Below, in pieces: positions 9,768-19,800 of a stretch of 64,000 nucleotides of DNA. The DNA is taken from the IMG/VR virus record IMGVR_UViG_3300017917_000601, positions 12,935-76,934 of that record; one strand, written 5' to 3'. The stretch is from a virus. Position 1 is the stretch's first letter, and every line of letters starts with the position of its first letter. A program made the position numbers and the translations under genes. The notes under the pieces were generated by a model that was not told where the DNA came from, did no database searches, and was given only the letters and a program-made list of their open reading frames with translations.

Positions 9768-9768
9768 A

Positions 9769-10392
9769 TTATCTTGCGCCTGCGCCAGTTGCGGCAGTTC
9801 CAACACGTCTTGTTGTTGGAGCACTTGCACCACCACTAGTTTGAATACAGTTATCAGGTTGAATTGTTAAATCAATTGTTAACATAGTCTGATCACCGTA
9901 GCCTAATGTATTATAGTTAGCGGCAGTTACGTAACAACCGTAGCATTCCCATGTTTCTAGAACGCTAGGAGTATTAGCACCGTTACCACCGTCTAGCATT
10001 TCAATACGCATTAGGAACTTGTAGTCACCGCCTGCGGCTGCTGAACTCTGTTCAAAGAAGTCAAACTGCTTTTGCATCTGTTCGCCAACTAGTTTACTAA
10101 CTGCACCAGTTACATCGTCACGTAACTTAATTGTTAGAGGTTGCCATGTAGGACGGCCTGCATAGTTAATTGTTGAGTTGTAAACCATAATTTTTTGGTT
10201 CTCAAAACTAACGTTTGGACGAGCCGCATCTTGTACTTGCTTTGTCAATTCAGTTGTTGGTGTTGATACGCCAAAGTTTTCAAACATCACTCTAAAGCGA
10301 TATTTGAGCTTCGGCATCAACATACCTTGTGAGCTAGCTGATTGATCACTAGCTAAAGGTACTGTAAATTTTGTTAAACTTGCGATTGCCAT
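9769..10392 (-). CDS. 19: Tail tube protein (gp19-like)
   Basis: PKLKYRFRV, YAGRPTW..LTI.LRDD, LETWECYGC; directly after the sheath gene. Confidence 0.85.
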   Translation of the reverse strand: MAIASLTKFTVPLASDQSASSQGMLMPKLKYRFRVMFENFGVSTPTTELTKQVQDAARPNVSFENQKIMVYNSTINYAGRPTWQPLTIKLRDDVTGAVSKLVGEQMQKQFDFFEQSSAAAGGDYKFLMRIEMLDGGNGANTPSVLETWECYGCYVTAANYNTLGYGDQTMLTIDLTIQPDNCIQTSGGASAPTTRRVGTAATGAGAR

Positions 10393-10409
10393 TTTCTATG
10401 CTCCGTTAA

Positions 10410-13400
10410 TTATTGTAGACCTTTAATTTCGCCAGTGTTCTTCAAGCGTAAAGGAATGTAAATGAATTCCACAGCCTTAACTGGTTCAATCGCAACGTCT
10501 AGATACAACTCATTACGGTCAATTCTTGCAGGAGTGTTGTTGCTTGTATCGCAAACTACAATGTAGTCATAGATAGCACGTTGTCCTACTAGTTCTAGTA
10601 ATAAGTTTTCAGCCGCGCCTTTGATTTCGTCACGTGTGATCTTATCATTTGGTTCAAACACATATGGCTTAGCTAATTGTGCAAACTGTCTACGTAGATA
10701 AACTACTAGACGTGCTACGTTGATACGATCTAACGAGCTTGCATTCTTAGCACGAGTGTATTGACCGTAGTTAACAAGTCCTGTGCCTGTAATGAATGTA
10801 ATTGGGTTAACTTTAATACCTGCTAGTGTATCACGTTGGCCGTTGTTTAGTGCTACTGATTGGAATTCTCCTTCAGCATCAACATAGCCAACTGCTGTAG
10901 CGTTAGTAATACCGCCACGGCGTGTTCCGGCTGGTGCAAACCATGGATAGCTAACTTGGTCGTTTAACGCAATAGTTCTTAGCATCATGTGGCTTGGTGG
11001 TACAACAACGTTGTTTCCTAAGTTGTCACTTGTAAATCCCCATGGATAAAACACACCCAAGTATTCGTCACTACTTACTAATCCAGCATCACCGTCTTCT
11101 GTGGCGCCGTTAACGTTCTTACCCCAGTTATTTAAACTTGTTGCATCTGAAGCAAGTCTTGCTGGTGTGTCACCAACAACAAACGCTGTTTGGCCGCGGT
11201 CAGTGTTTAAACTAACCATTTCGCTAATTAACTCAGGATATCCTGGGCAAGCAATTAAGTTAAACACACGTGATTCTTCATCACGGATCTGTTGGTTACT
11301 GTTAACAAGTGCTTGTAGAGCTTGTACAACCACAGCACGTTGAGCCTTACGGCCAAATGTGCCGGCGCCGTTTGTTTGGTTAGCACTTTCAGTTACCCAA
11401 CGATGTGGGTAGTAGTTAGACATACTAGTATTACGATAACGAGGATTATCAGCAGTTAAGTCAACTACATCACGCTTAAATCTTTTAACGTTAAATCCGC
11501 TACGACGTAAGTTCCATAGCAACATACCACGTGGATATAGTGCTGGATCTGGAGCATCTGGATCTAAGAAATCACTTGATAGCAACTCTTGGATTGTGCT
11601 GTTAGTAGGAGCAGTTGGTGAACCGCCATCTACACCCCAACGTGCATCGCGGAATAAAATACCGTCTTCTGTTGTTTGATCACCAGTGTCTACTAGTACC
11701 CACTTACCTAAATTTCTGTTGTACTTATAGAGTTTTGGGAAATTTTCTAAATCACTAGTATCGACCCATAAGTCGCCGTTTACTAGTGGTGTTCCGTCAG
11801 TTTGTGTCTTAGGACGGGTTGCACTAATAATTGGACCGCTTGAATCAGTCTTGTCGCTCGGTGTAGCGGTAAAATATGGACTACTAAATGTAGTTGTACC
11901 GTTACCTTCAAACTGGTAGCCAACCCATGTACGGCCGTTGTGTACAAGAATATCTACTTGATCAATTAGGCTGTTGTACCATAATTGATTGTCTGGAGCT
12001 TCTGTTGTTGGTGCATTTGCTGAAGCAATAATGTCAGCGTATGGACTCCATAAAGAAGCAACTGTTGTACCTGCAACTGCACCGCTATAGTAGTTAACTG
12101 TTCCGGTGTATGATTGTGTTCCTTGATTGTATGCGTAAGGTGTAAACAAATCTGCTAACGGAGTATTAGTTCCGTCAACAAATACAATGTCTCCGCCGTC
12201 GTTGTGTCGAATAACAATTTCACCTGTAGCCGCAATACTTGCACTTACACTTGAGCCAACTGGCATAGCCGCGTTAAATGTTGTTACAAATGTCTGAGCA
12301 CTGTCACTTGCACCCGAAGCAATATTAAAAGAGACAGTAACTGGGCTAGTTAATTGGTCGCTGTTTCTTATAGTTTCTCGAACTGTAAAGTCGTAATTAT
12401 TGCCGGTGAGTCCGCCTGGTAAAGAAGGATTTAACCCTGATATAATTGTAGTTGCACCCGCTGTTCTACGAGCATATATTTTAAAAGTTGCAAAATCTGG
12501 GCGGCCGCCAGTTGTTGTTTCTGCAACGTTTGTTTTAACATAAAGCGAACCTTGTGTTAAATTAATGCCGCCACCTGCCGAGTCGAGACCCTTAATTGCG
12601 GCTGCGTTTGTTGGGAACAACGGAGCAGTTTTTTCAACCCAGCTTCCAGTAGTTGCATCATAAACTTTAACACGCCAACGAGCACCTAAATTGGGCTCAG
12701 TTGTTTTAACCCAAACAGAACCTGTAGCAAGTCCGTCGTTAAATGTTGATGGGAACGCAACACGTTTAAATTGCGGTACATCGTAGTGCGGAGTAATTTG
12801 TAGTGCAGGAGCCTTGTACGTTCCAGCAACTAAACCAAGTTTTGATAATGCAGTTCCGCTTAGTGTAATGTCTGTGCCAGTTGAATATAGTTCTAATCTA
12901 TTATTAATAATTTCGGCGCTTACGCCAGGTACCACGTCCGGGTTTCCTCCTTGTGTTCCGGGAGTTCCTGTATCGTAGTCTATTGTAGAATCAAGCGCAG
13001 TATTAATGTCTGTTACTAGAGTTGATAAACTAGTATGGCCTGTAAATTGATAGTTTTGGCTGTTTACAGTAATTGTTAATGTATCACCGGATAGCAGTGT
13101 TGGGCTAGCAACTGTTCCTTGTGCTGTTGGCCAACTTGCTCTCCATGTTGGTGTTCCTACTTGTACCCAGATCCCTGCCGGTGTACGTGTACGAGACTTC
13201 TTATACCATAAAGAATAAGTGCCGTTGTCGGCTACGATTGCATAATCGCCGATTGCACCAATGCTTGCTAATGGAGCACCGTTGCTGATTTTAGCTGGGT
13301 CAGTAATAACTGTTGGGATCTTATTTTGAAATGTCTGTCCGTTAGTAACGTTAGCTTCAGAGCCGTTCCACTGGAAAATACCAAAAGCTGAATTAGCAGT

Positions 13401-13817
13401 ATCAAACCAATACTGGCCGTCTTCTGGCGCACCGGCTGGTGCATCTGCTCTTGCTTCTAATTGTCCTAGGTCTATATCAGCACGTACAACATACGCACGA
13501 TTGCTAACTCCTAGGTAACTGTAAGCAGTCTGGAGACCGTATTCGTTTTGCTCTCCAGCGTGAATTGGGTTGTTGTTTGCATCTGTTTTAAATACAGGTG
13601 TACCAAATGTATCTGCTAAATCTTTCTGACTAGTTAGCAAATAAACTTTACCTGAATTTGCGGCAAGTGTTCCTGGCGCTGTGCCTGTGCCTGCACCGTT
13701 TTGCTTGTCCTGTTCGGAAGCAACGATAATTAAAGGGGTTGTTCCAGGTGCGGCAGGGGTATAGAAACTTTCATCTATTACTGATACGCTTACGCCTGGT
13801 GAACTTAGTTGGGCCAT
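10410..13817 (-). CDS. 18: Contractile tail sheath protein (gp18-like, 1135 aa)
   Basis: N-terminal LSSPGVSVSVIDES; C-terminal YPWFAPAG.RRG, LDRINVARL, FEPND, PVKAVEFI; ATG 13817 with GGAG RBS. Confidence 0.95.
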   Translation of the reverse strand: MAQLSSPGVSVSVIDESFYTPAAPGTTPLIIVASEQDKQNGAGTGTAPGTLAANSGKVYLLTSQKDLADTFGTPVFKTDANNNPIHAGEQNEYGLQTAYSYLGVSNRAYVVRADIDLGQLEARADAPAGAPEDGQYWFDTANSAFGIFQWNGSEANVTNGQTFQNKIPTVITDPAKISNGAPLASIGAIGDYAIVADNGTYSLWYKKSRTRTPAGIWVQVGTPTWRASWPTAQGTVASPTLLSGDTLTITVNSQNYQFTGHTSLSTLVTDINTALDSTIDYDTGTPGTQGGNPDVVPGVSAEIINNRLELYSTGTDITLSGTALSKLGLVAGTYKAPALQITPHYDVPQFKRVAFPSTFNDGLATGSVWVKTTEPNLGARWRVKVYDATTGSWVEKTAPLFPTNAAAIKGLDSAGGGINLTQGSLYVKTNVAETTTGGRPDFATFKIYARRTAGATTIISGLNPSLPGGLTGNNYDFTVRETIRNSDQLTSPVTVSFNIASGASDSAQTFVTTFNAAMPVGSSVSASIAATGEIVIRHNDGGDIVFVDGTNTPLADLFTPYAYNQGTQSYTGTVNYYSGAVAGTTVASLWSPYADIIASANAPTTEAPDNQLWYNSLIDQVDILVHNGRTWVGYQFEGNGTTTFSSPYFTATPSDKTDSSGPIISATRPKTQTDGTPLVNGDLWVDTSDLENFPKLYKYNRNLGKWVLVDTGDQTTEDGILFRDARWGVDGGSPTAPTNSTIQELLSSDFLDPDAPDPALYPRGMLLWNLRRSGFNVKRFKRDVVDLTADNPRYRNTSMSNYYPHRWVTESANQTNGAGTFGRKAQRAVVVQALQALVNSNQQIRDEESRVFNLIACPGYPELISEMVSLNTDRGQTAFVVGDTPARLASDATSLNNWGKNVNGATEDGDAGLVSSDEYLGVFYPWGFTSDNLGNNVVVPPSHMMLRTIALNDQVSYPWFAPAGTRRGGITNATAVGYVDAEGEFQSVALNNGQRDTLAGIKVNPITFITGTGLVNYGQYTRAKNASSLDRINVARLVVYLRRQFAQLAKPYVFEPNDKITRDEIKGAAENLLLELVGQRAIYDYIVVCDTSNNTPARIDRNELYLDVAIEPVKAVEFIYIPLRLKNTGEIKGLQ

Positions 13818-13914
13818 GTTATGATCTCCATGAATACATATTCTTAATGTATTTAGTGGAATTTGGCTTTTTGTGCCTGTAAAACATACCAAAAAGGGCA
13901 CGTAAAAGGGCGGT

Positions 13915-13922
13915 TATAAATA
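13915..13922 (+). promoter_or_regulatory. T4-type late promoter TATAAATA
   Basis: Exact T4 late consensus, 5 nt before ATG 13928. Confidence 0.75.
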
Positions 13923-13927
13923 GTTGT

Positions 13928-14263
13928 ATGCGTCCTTTATGTAAAACCTGCGGTGAAAGACCCTGTGCTGTAAACTATTATAAGCAAGACAAGATCTTTT
14001 ATCGAACTAAGTGTGATACTTGTGCAAGAGGTTCAACGCCTAAACAACCTCGTTGGGCTCAGCACGGATACCAAAAAAAGAACCAGTGCGATAAATGCGG
14101 TTATAAGAGTAAGTTTATGGAACAATTTAATGTTTTCCACATAGACGGCAATTTAAACAACTGCCGCCTAAGTAATCTTAAGACTGTATGTGCAAACTGT
14201 CAACGTGTGCTTCATCGTGAAGGTGTTCGCTGGAAGCAAGGTGATTTGACACCAGATCTTTAA
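13928..14263 (+). CDS. HNH-like zinc-binding protein
   Basis: Several CxxC pairs; FHIDGNLNNC..SNL..VCANC. Confidence 0.8.
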   Translation: MRPLCKTCGERPCAVNYYKQDKIFYRTKCDTCARGSTPKQPRWAQHGYQKKNQCDKCGYKSKFMEQFNVFHIDGNLNNCRLSNLKTVCANCQRVLHREGVRWKQGDLTPDL

Positions 14264-14876
14264 CCTTAGCGTATAGGTCATCAATACTAGAATCGTTCTC
14301 AAGAACTGCATCAAACTCTGTGCCTATCCATGCTGTTTCACTGGCATGAATACCTGCTTGTTCTAGCTTTGATTTGCTAGTAGCCCATGTAAAGTTTTGT
14401 ACTTCGCCCTTGTTTACGCTTAGTGCCCAGTCGTACCAGTAAGGTAGTTCTCCTCGTTTTACCCAGATAATTAAACCGCCTGCGTCTTTAATTGACTTAA
14501 TTTCATTAGGAAAACGGCAGTCGCTGATTACTACATCATCTTTGCTGTTGCGTAGTTTGTTTTCTAAGCTAGCAATCCAAATGTCGTCATGGAATGCTTT
14601 GCGACACACTTCTGTCCCCCAATATTGCAGTACCCAGCGTGGAGTAAGATTGGGCATGTTTAGGCGCTCTGCCCACCAAGGATCTACTTGTTCGCGCCAT
14701 TCGCGGGCTTGTTTTGTGCGCCCTTCTAGCATAGTTCTATCCCAGCCAAAAACATATGATACAGCGTCTTTCAAACTATTAGCGAAGCTTTCTCGTCGGA
14801 AACTATGGAAGTTAACCAAATAATCTGCAATAGTATCTTTACCCGAACCAATGAAGCCGCATACGCCAATAATCAT
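14178..14876 (-). CDS. 1: Deoxynucleoside monophosphate kinase (gp1-like)
   Basis: IIGVCGFIGSGKDT P-loop, SFA..LKD, PRWVLQYWGTE, VISDCRFPNE, HASE. Confidence 0.92.
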   Translation of the reverse strand: MIIGVCGFIGSGKDTIADYLVNFHSFRRESFANSLKDAVSYVFGWDRTMLEGRTKQAREWREQVDPWWAERLNMPNLTPRWVLQYWGTEVCRKAFHDDIWIASLENKLRNSKDDVVISDCRFPNEIKSIKDAGGLIIWVKRGELPYWYDWALSVNKGEVQNFTWATSKSKLEQAGIHASETAWIGTEFDAVLENDSSIDDLYAKVKDLVSNHLASSEHLHDEAHVDSLHIQS

Positions 14877-14882
14877 AAGAAT

Positions 14883-14928
14883 CTCCTAGTAGAAGCGTAG
14901 TATATATTACTTCTAACTAGGAGGTCAA
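14883..14928 (-). promoter_or_regulatory. Sigma70-like promoter inside an RBS-sequestering hairpin upstream of dNMP kinase
   Basis: TTGACC-N18-TATACT on the minus strand; inverted repeat 14883-14923 contains the AGGAG RBS. Confidence 0.55.
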
Positions 14929-14949
14929 AAGTTTCTAAGCCAAACTGAA

Positions 14950-15210
14950 TTATAGTTCAGTTGGCTGTGGCTTGGCCGCTTTTTCAGCTAAAGTTTCAAT
15001 ATCTGCATTTAACACAATATCTTCTTTAGACCCAGAAATCGTTTCGCCGGCTGCTAGCTTGCGTTGTATTTCCTGGGCAACTATTTCTTCAATTGCAATT
15101 CGACATCTTTCATGTACTGCATTATCGATCCAATCTTGAGCTGAGAGAGCAACTGCATGAAGAGCTTTATCTTCTGCATCGCTTAGTACTACTGTATATG
15201 TTTTTGACAT
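14950..15210 (-). CDS. Small fibre-associated hypothetical protein (possible chaperone)
   Basis: 86-aa helical ORF with AGGAG RBS, immediately after the C1q triplet. Confidence 0.65.
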   Translation of the reverse strand: MSKTYTVVLSDAEDKALHAVALSAQDWIDNAVHERCRIAIEEIVAQEIQRKLAAGETISGSKEDIVLNADIETLAEKAAKPQPTEL

Positions 15211-15225
15211 TTTTTAATCTCCTGT

Positions 15226-15753
15226 TTAAGCTAGAAGCCAGCCAGAAAAATGGCCTAGGCCTCCACCCATGTAATAATCGCTTGAATAAGTTGTTTGGTC
15301 TCTGTAAATATATAGCTGAACGTAGTCATTAGCGGCCAAGGTTAAGATGCACGATGCTACCATCTGTTGGTGATAGTTTGTACCAATAGAATAACAATAA
15401 GCATTGCCCCTACCAGTTACTAAAGATCCGTTTTTAATCCAACCCCATTCACCGTTTGTAACTGAGCTAGCACTATTCGACCTGTATAAAACGCTTGCCT
15501 GAAACTCATATATACCTGCAATTGGCGCAGTAAATCTACCGTTTGAAGTATTATATCTAGAATTATTGTTAGATATTGTTGCTGAAAAGGTTACAGCTCC
15601 AATTGATTGGCGTATGCCGCCTTCATAAGCCCACGCCGCCGGTACTTGATTAAAATTTACGTATCCGTTAGCATCTTGAGTTATTCCAGTCGACCCTGTA
15701 TTAGCAATCGTTGTTGCTCCTGTTATTGTTGTATTTCCAAGAACTACTGGCAT
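15226..15753 (-). CDS. C1q-domain protein, paralogue 3
   Basis: YNTSNGRFTAPIAGIYEF, L.L.ANDYV, HFSGWLL. Confidence 0.85.
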   Translation of the reverse strand: MPVVLGNTTITGATTIANTGSTGITQDANGYVNFNQVPAAWAYEGGIRQSIGAVTFSATISNNNSRYNTSNGRFTAPIAGIYEFQASVLYRSNSASSVTNGEWGWIKNGSLVTGRGNAYCYSIGTNYHQQMVASCILTLAANDYVQLYIYRDQTTYSSDYYMGGGLGHFSGWLLA

Positions 15754-15757
15754 AGTA

Positions 15758-16291
15758 TTATCCTATTAATTTTCCTTGAAAGTGCCCGAGGCCGCCTCCA
15801 AAATAATAATCAGTGCTTGCTGATATTACGTTACACCGCATATCAACTACGTCGCCTGCCGAAAGACTTAACATGACTGTTGAGAAACAAGGAGTGTGAC
15901 CGTTTGACGACGGATTTACTACATAAACAAATCCTCTAGTACCAATGTTAGATCCATTTAGGGCAAAGTACCATTCACCGTTACCGGTGACGCCGTTTGA
16001 TCTAAACAATAAACTTCCGCAAAACTCATAGATACCCCCTGCGCCAGCGGGAACTGTAAATCTTCCTGTTGATGTATTATATCCGCTACCTCTGTTAATG
16101 TTTACGTTGTTAAAAGGAATTGCAGAGTTTGTAGTTGTTGTTGATGAACCATCATCGCTTCTATAAGCGTAAAAACACACCCTACTAGGGAATGTAACAT
16201 AGCCACTGCCGTCAACATTTAGTCCGGCAGAGCTTGTGCCAGCGATTGCCGAAACTCCTGTAATACTCGATGCTCCAAGTGTAATTGACAT
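15758..16291 (-). CDS. C1q-domain protein, paralogue 2
   Basis: F.AY, IPFNNV.IN.G..YNTSTGRFTVP...GIYEF, LSAGDVV, HFQGKLIG. Confidence 0.85.
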   Translation of the reverse strand: MSITLGASSITGVSAIAGTSSAGLNVDGSGYVTFPSRVCFYAYRSDDGSSTTTTNSAIPFNNVNINRGSGYNTSTGRFTVPAGAGGIYEFCGSLLFRSNGVTGNGEWYFALNGSNIGTRGFVYVVNPSSNGHTPCFSTVMLSLSAGDVVDMRCNVISASTDYYFGGGLGHFQGKLIG

Positions 16292-16294
16292 GTG

Positions 16295-16819
16295 TTATCC
16301 TAATAATTTTCCAGAAAAATGTCCAAGGTTTTCACCATAATAAAAGTCAGTACCAGAAGAAATAGTTATCAAACAAACACTTACATAATCGCCTGCGTTT
16401 AGGTAACGTATTTGCGTCCAATGTGTAGGTATATGTTCACTTGAATAAACTACGTGTGTGTAAGCTAGTCTGCCTTGGTTAACATTATTTACGGCAAAGC
16501 CAACTTCGCCATACCCGCCGCTACTAGAATGGCGTTGCAATACATGAGCATGAAATTGATAGTAGCCTGCTATAGGTGCAGTAAATCTACCAGTGCTAGT
16601 ACTATAATGATTACCCCGATTGACTCTAGTATTGCTAAAAACTAACGCTGTAGTTGTCGTAGTAGTTGATACACCGCCTGAGGAGTACGCATAAAAGCAA
16701 GGAATATATGGTAATCTAGCATACCCAGAACTGTCGATAGTTATTCCAGCATTGCCGGTCCCGGCAATACTAGTTGCACCAGATATAGTATCTGTAGATC
16801 CGTTAATTAACACCGGCAT
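16295..16819 (-). CDS. C1q-domain protein, paralogue 1
   Basis: FYAY, LVFSNT.VN.GNHYSTSTGRFTAPIAGYYQF, YLNAGDYVSV, HFSGKLLG. Confidence 0.85.
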   Translation of the reverse strand: MPVLINGSTDTISGATSIAGTGNAGITIDSSGYARLPYIPCFYAYSSGGVSTTTTTTALVFSNTRVNRGNHYSTSTGRFTAPIAGYYQFHAHVLQRHSSSGGYGEVGFAVNNVNQGRLAYTHVVYSSEHIPTHWTQIRYLNAGDYVSVCLITISSGTDFYYGENLGHFSGKLLG

Positions 16820-19800
16820 TAGATTTTTCCTTTAAGATCATCAATTTGCTTTTGTTGTTCTTTAATTGCTTCAACTAGTAAAGCAACGGTGTTTGCATAC
16901 GCAAGAGATTTAATACCATTTTCATCTGTTACTACTAATTCAGGAATAATTGCTTCAACTTCTTGAGCAATCATACCCATTTCTCTATTACCGTTTGAAA
17001 TACGATTATACATTACACCTCGAAGAGCAAGTGCTTTTTCTAAAGCGTTTTCTATAGTAGAAACGTTTGTTTTTAGTGTCGCATCAGAGTTTGATGTTAT
17101 TGTTCCGGTGGCTGAGATGTTACCTTCAACAGTTATACCTGCCTTAAATGTAGCAACTCTAGTATTAGCAACTTCTAACCACGAGTTCATGCTTCCGTTA
17201 GTAGTGGCTGTTCTAGCAAAATACAATATACCGTTGCCAGTGGCCATGCCCATTGATGCATAAGTTGTAGTATCAGCTTTAATGCTAATACACGCTGTAC
17301 TTAAAGACCACCCCGAAGTTCCATCTGACGCTTGGTGACCTAAAAATGCTCCGTTTGCGGCATCTTTAAGAACCACTGATTGGTTAGCTGTTGCATAATA
17401 AGCACCGCCACTTACTAGGTTAGTAACAGATAAAGATCCTAAAGTGCCAACACTGGTTAGACTTGAACTTGTAACACCACTTCCTAAAGCAGTAGCACTT
17501 AAGACCGTTGTGTTATTAATTCTAAATGTTTTTCCAGTAGCAATACTTAGATCGTTATTAATTGTAGTTGTACCAGTTCCTGCGCCAATGCTAATTGCAG
17601 TGCCGGCGCCAAATGCGTTAACTGTTGTAGCGTTAGTATTAACAATATTAACAGTAGTTGAGCTAGAATTAACAGTTAAGTCGCCACCTCTAAATTCTAA
17701 GTCGCCTGCAACGACAGCATTGTTATTAATTGTAGTTGTACCAGTTCCTGCACCAATTGCAACGGCTGTAGCCGCACCACCAATATTTAAACCAGTGGCA
17801 TTAGTGTTAAACAGCGGCACTGTACCAGTTTGTGAAGTAGTAATGCCGCCGCTTCCATTGGCGGCTACAGTTCCGCTAACTGTTAAACTGGTCAATGTGC
17901 CAACACTTGTTAGGCTCGATGCCGTAACGCCGCTTCCTAATGTTGTAGCATTAAGAACACTAGTTCCGTCGACTAGATAACCAAAGGTACTAGCAACTCC
18001 AATGTTTTGATTTGCTGTAAATGCGTTAGTTGCATCGACCCAGTTAAAAGTTTTATTACCGTCGCCTGATTCAACAGTAATACCTGATCCGTCGGCGGCA
18101 GCATCGTTTATTGCTCCGCTACCTAACACAATATTTTTGTCGTCAACAGTTAATGTTGTTGAGTTAATAGTTGTTGTAGTTCCGTCGACTTGCAAATTAC
18201 CTTTAATTTGTACAGTTCCAGTATCATTACCTTCAGCCGCTGGATCAAGAATCAATGTGCTTGGGCCAATAACTTTATTAACATAAATTTTGTCATAAAG
18301 AATACTTGAAGTACCTAGTGTATAGAGATTGGTAACACTAGGAACAATGTTAGAACTAACTTGTGTAAAATAAGTTTTAACAGCTTGCTCAGTTGGAACT
18401 GCTAAATTACTGTTACCGCTTAAAGTTGCATCTGCAGAGAACTCGTTAATTTGTTCACCTAACTGAGCACCAATACTACCAAGTCTTAAACTTGTAAGAC
18501 CAGATAAGTCGAACGCACTAGCATTAAGTGTTGCTCTACCAGTAGCTTGGTCAACTTTAAAGTATTCGCCAACTCTGAAGTTACCGTCTTGGTCAGTACT
18601 TACATAGAATACACGAGCTGGGAACAGTTCAATAACTTCATTGCCTTGGCTAGCCGCCTGGAAAGGAATTCCTGGATAGTTAGTAGTTGCTACGCCACCT
18701 GTACCAATACTTAAGAAGTCGTGCCCAGTTAATCGAATATTGGAATAATCATATCTAATTTTGACACTAGTTCCGTCAACGCTTGGGATTGACTTTTCAC
18801 CAGCTAGTACAATAGTTGTAACACTGCTACTGTTAGTCCAGCCGCTTACGCTTTGAATAACGTACGTGTTTGTATCACCGGTTGTAAATTCAATACTGCC
18901 GCCTGGACGAGGTTCAACTACAAATCCAGTAGCAATTAAAATAAATCCAGACTGGCCGGTAACTCCGCCTGTGGCAATTGCCGCAGATACTCCAAGACCG
19001 TTGCTAATAGTTTCACCAGCTGTAAATGGGCCACCGCTAGTTACTTTATAGTATATTTTTCTAGCCGAAGGTTGAACATTAGTAACAACCGCAACTGCTC
19101 CACTAGATTGCCCTGTAATGGTGTTGCCGACACTAAAACTTCCACCAGTTAAGCTGATTGCAGTGTATTCTAACATGTCTCCGTATAGAGTACCGTTTAA
19201 GGTTGTTTCAGTTAAGTTTGTACCAGATGCTAATACTCCGTATGTTCCGTAACTGTTGTTACCGTTAAGTGCGCGAATCTTTCCGCCTCTTGTTGCCGCA
19301 TAACCTGTATGACAGAAATATGTAAAGCAACTAACAATTTCGCTCTTGGCATTGTCTTTAACCCAGAATCCAACACCGCCGTCTAATATAACAGTGTATC
19401 CATGGAATACCATAGATTTTAATCCAGTTGCATGTACGCTTCCGTCTAATAATGCCCCAACAGATCCGGCAGATTTAGCACTACATTCAATAACGTATGG
19501 CGACTTTGTAGCGATCGGTGTTAACGGATCAAATGCAACATAAACTCCGCCGATAGTAGACTGGTCAATGTTTTGATCGTTTGGTGCGTAAGGCACATAA
19601 CCAGTTAGTCCTTCAAACAACATCTTATTAAGAAGGGCACCATCGCCTAGTCTCCACATTGTTTGTTGCTCATATCCTGGTGCGGCTTTAACTGTTGTAG
19701 TTCTTTGGTTGTCTCCTACAACAGCAACAAAACTAGGAACTGTAATAGGTAATTGTTCTAGATAAACACCTGATGCAACATAAATTGTTGCAGGTCCAAC

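Noticed and set aside
13818-13901. Longer ORF-track starts for sheath (13901), 4676, 7393, 26772 and 61615
   Set aside because: Downstream ATGs have an SD and/or a late promoter core between the two starts and give family-typical N-termini.
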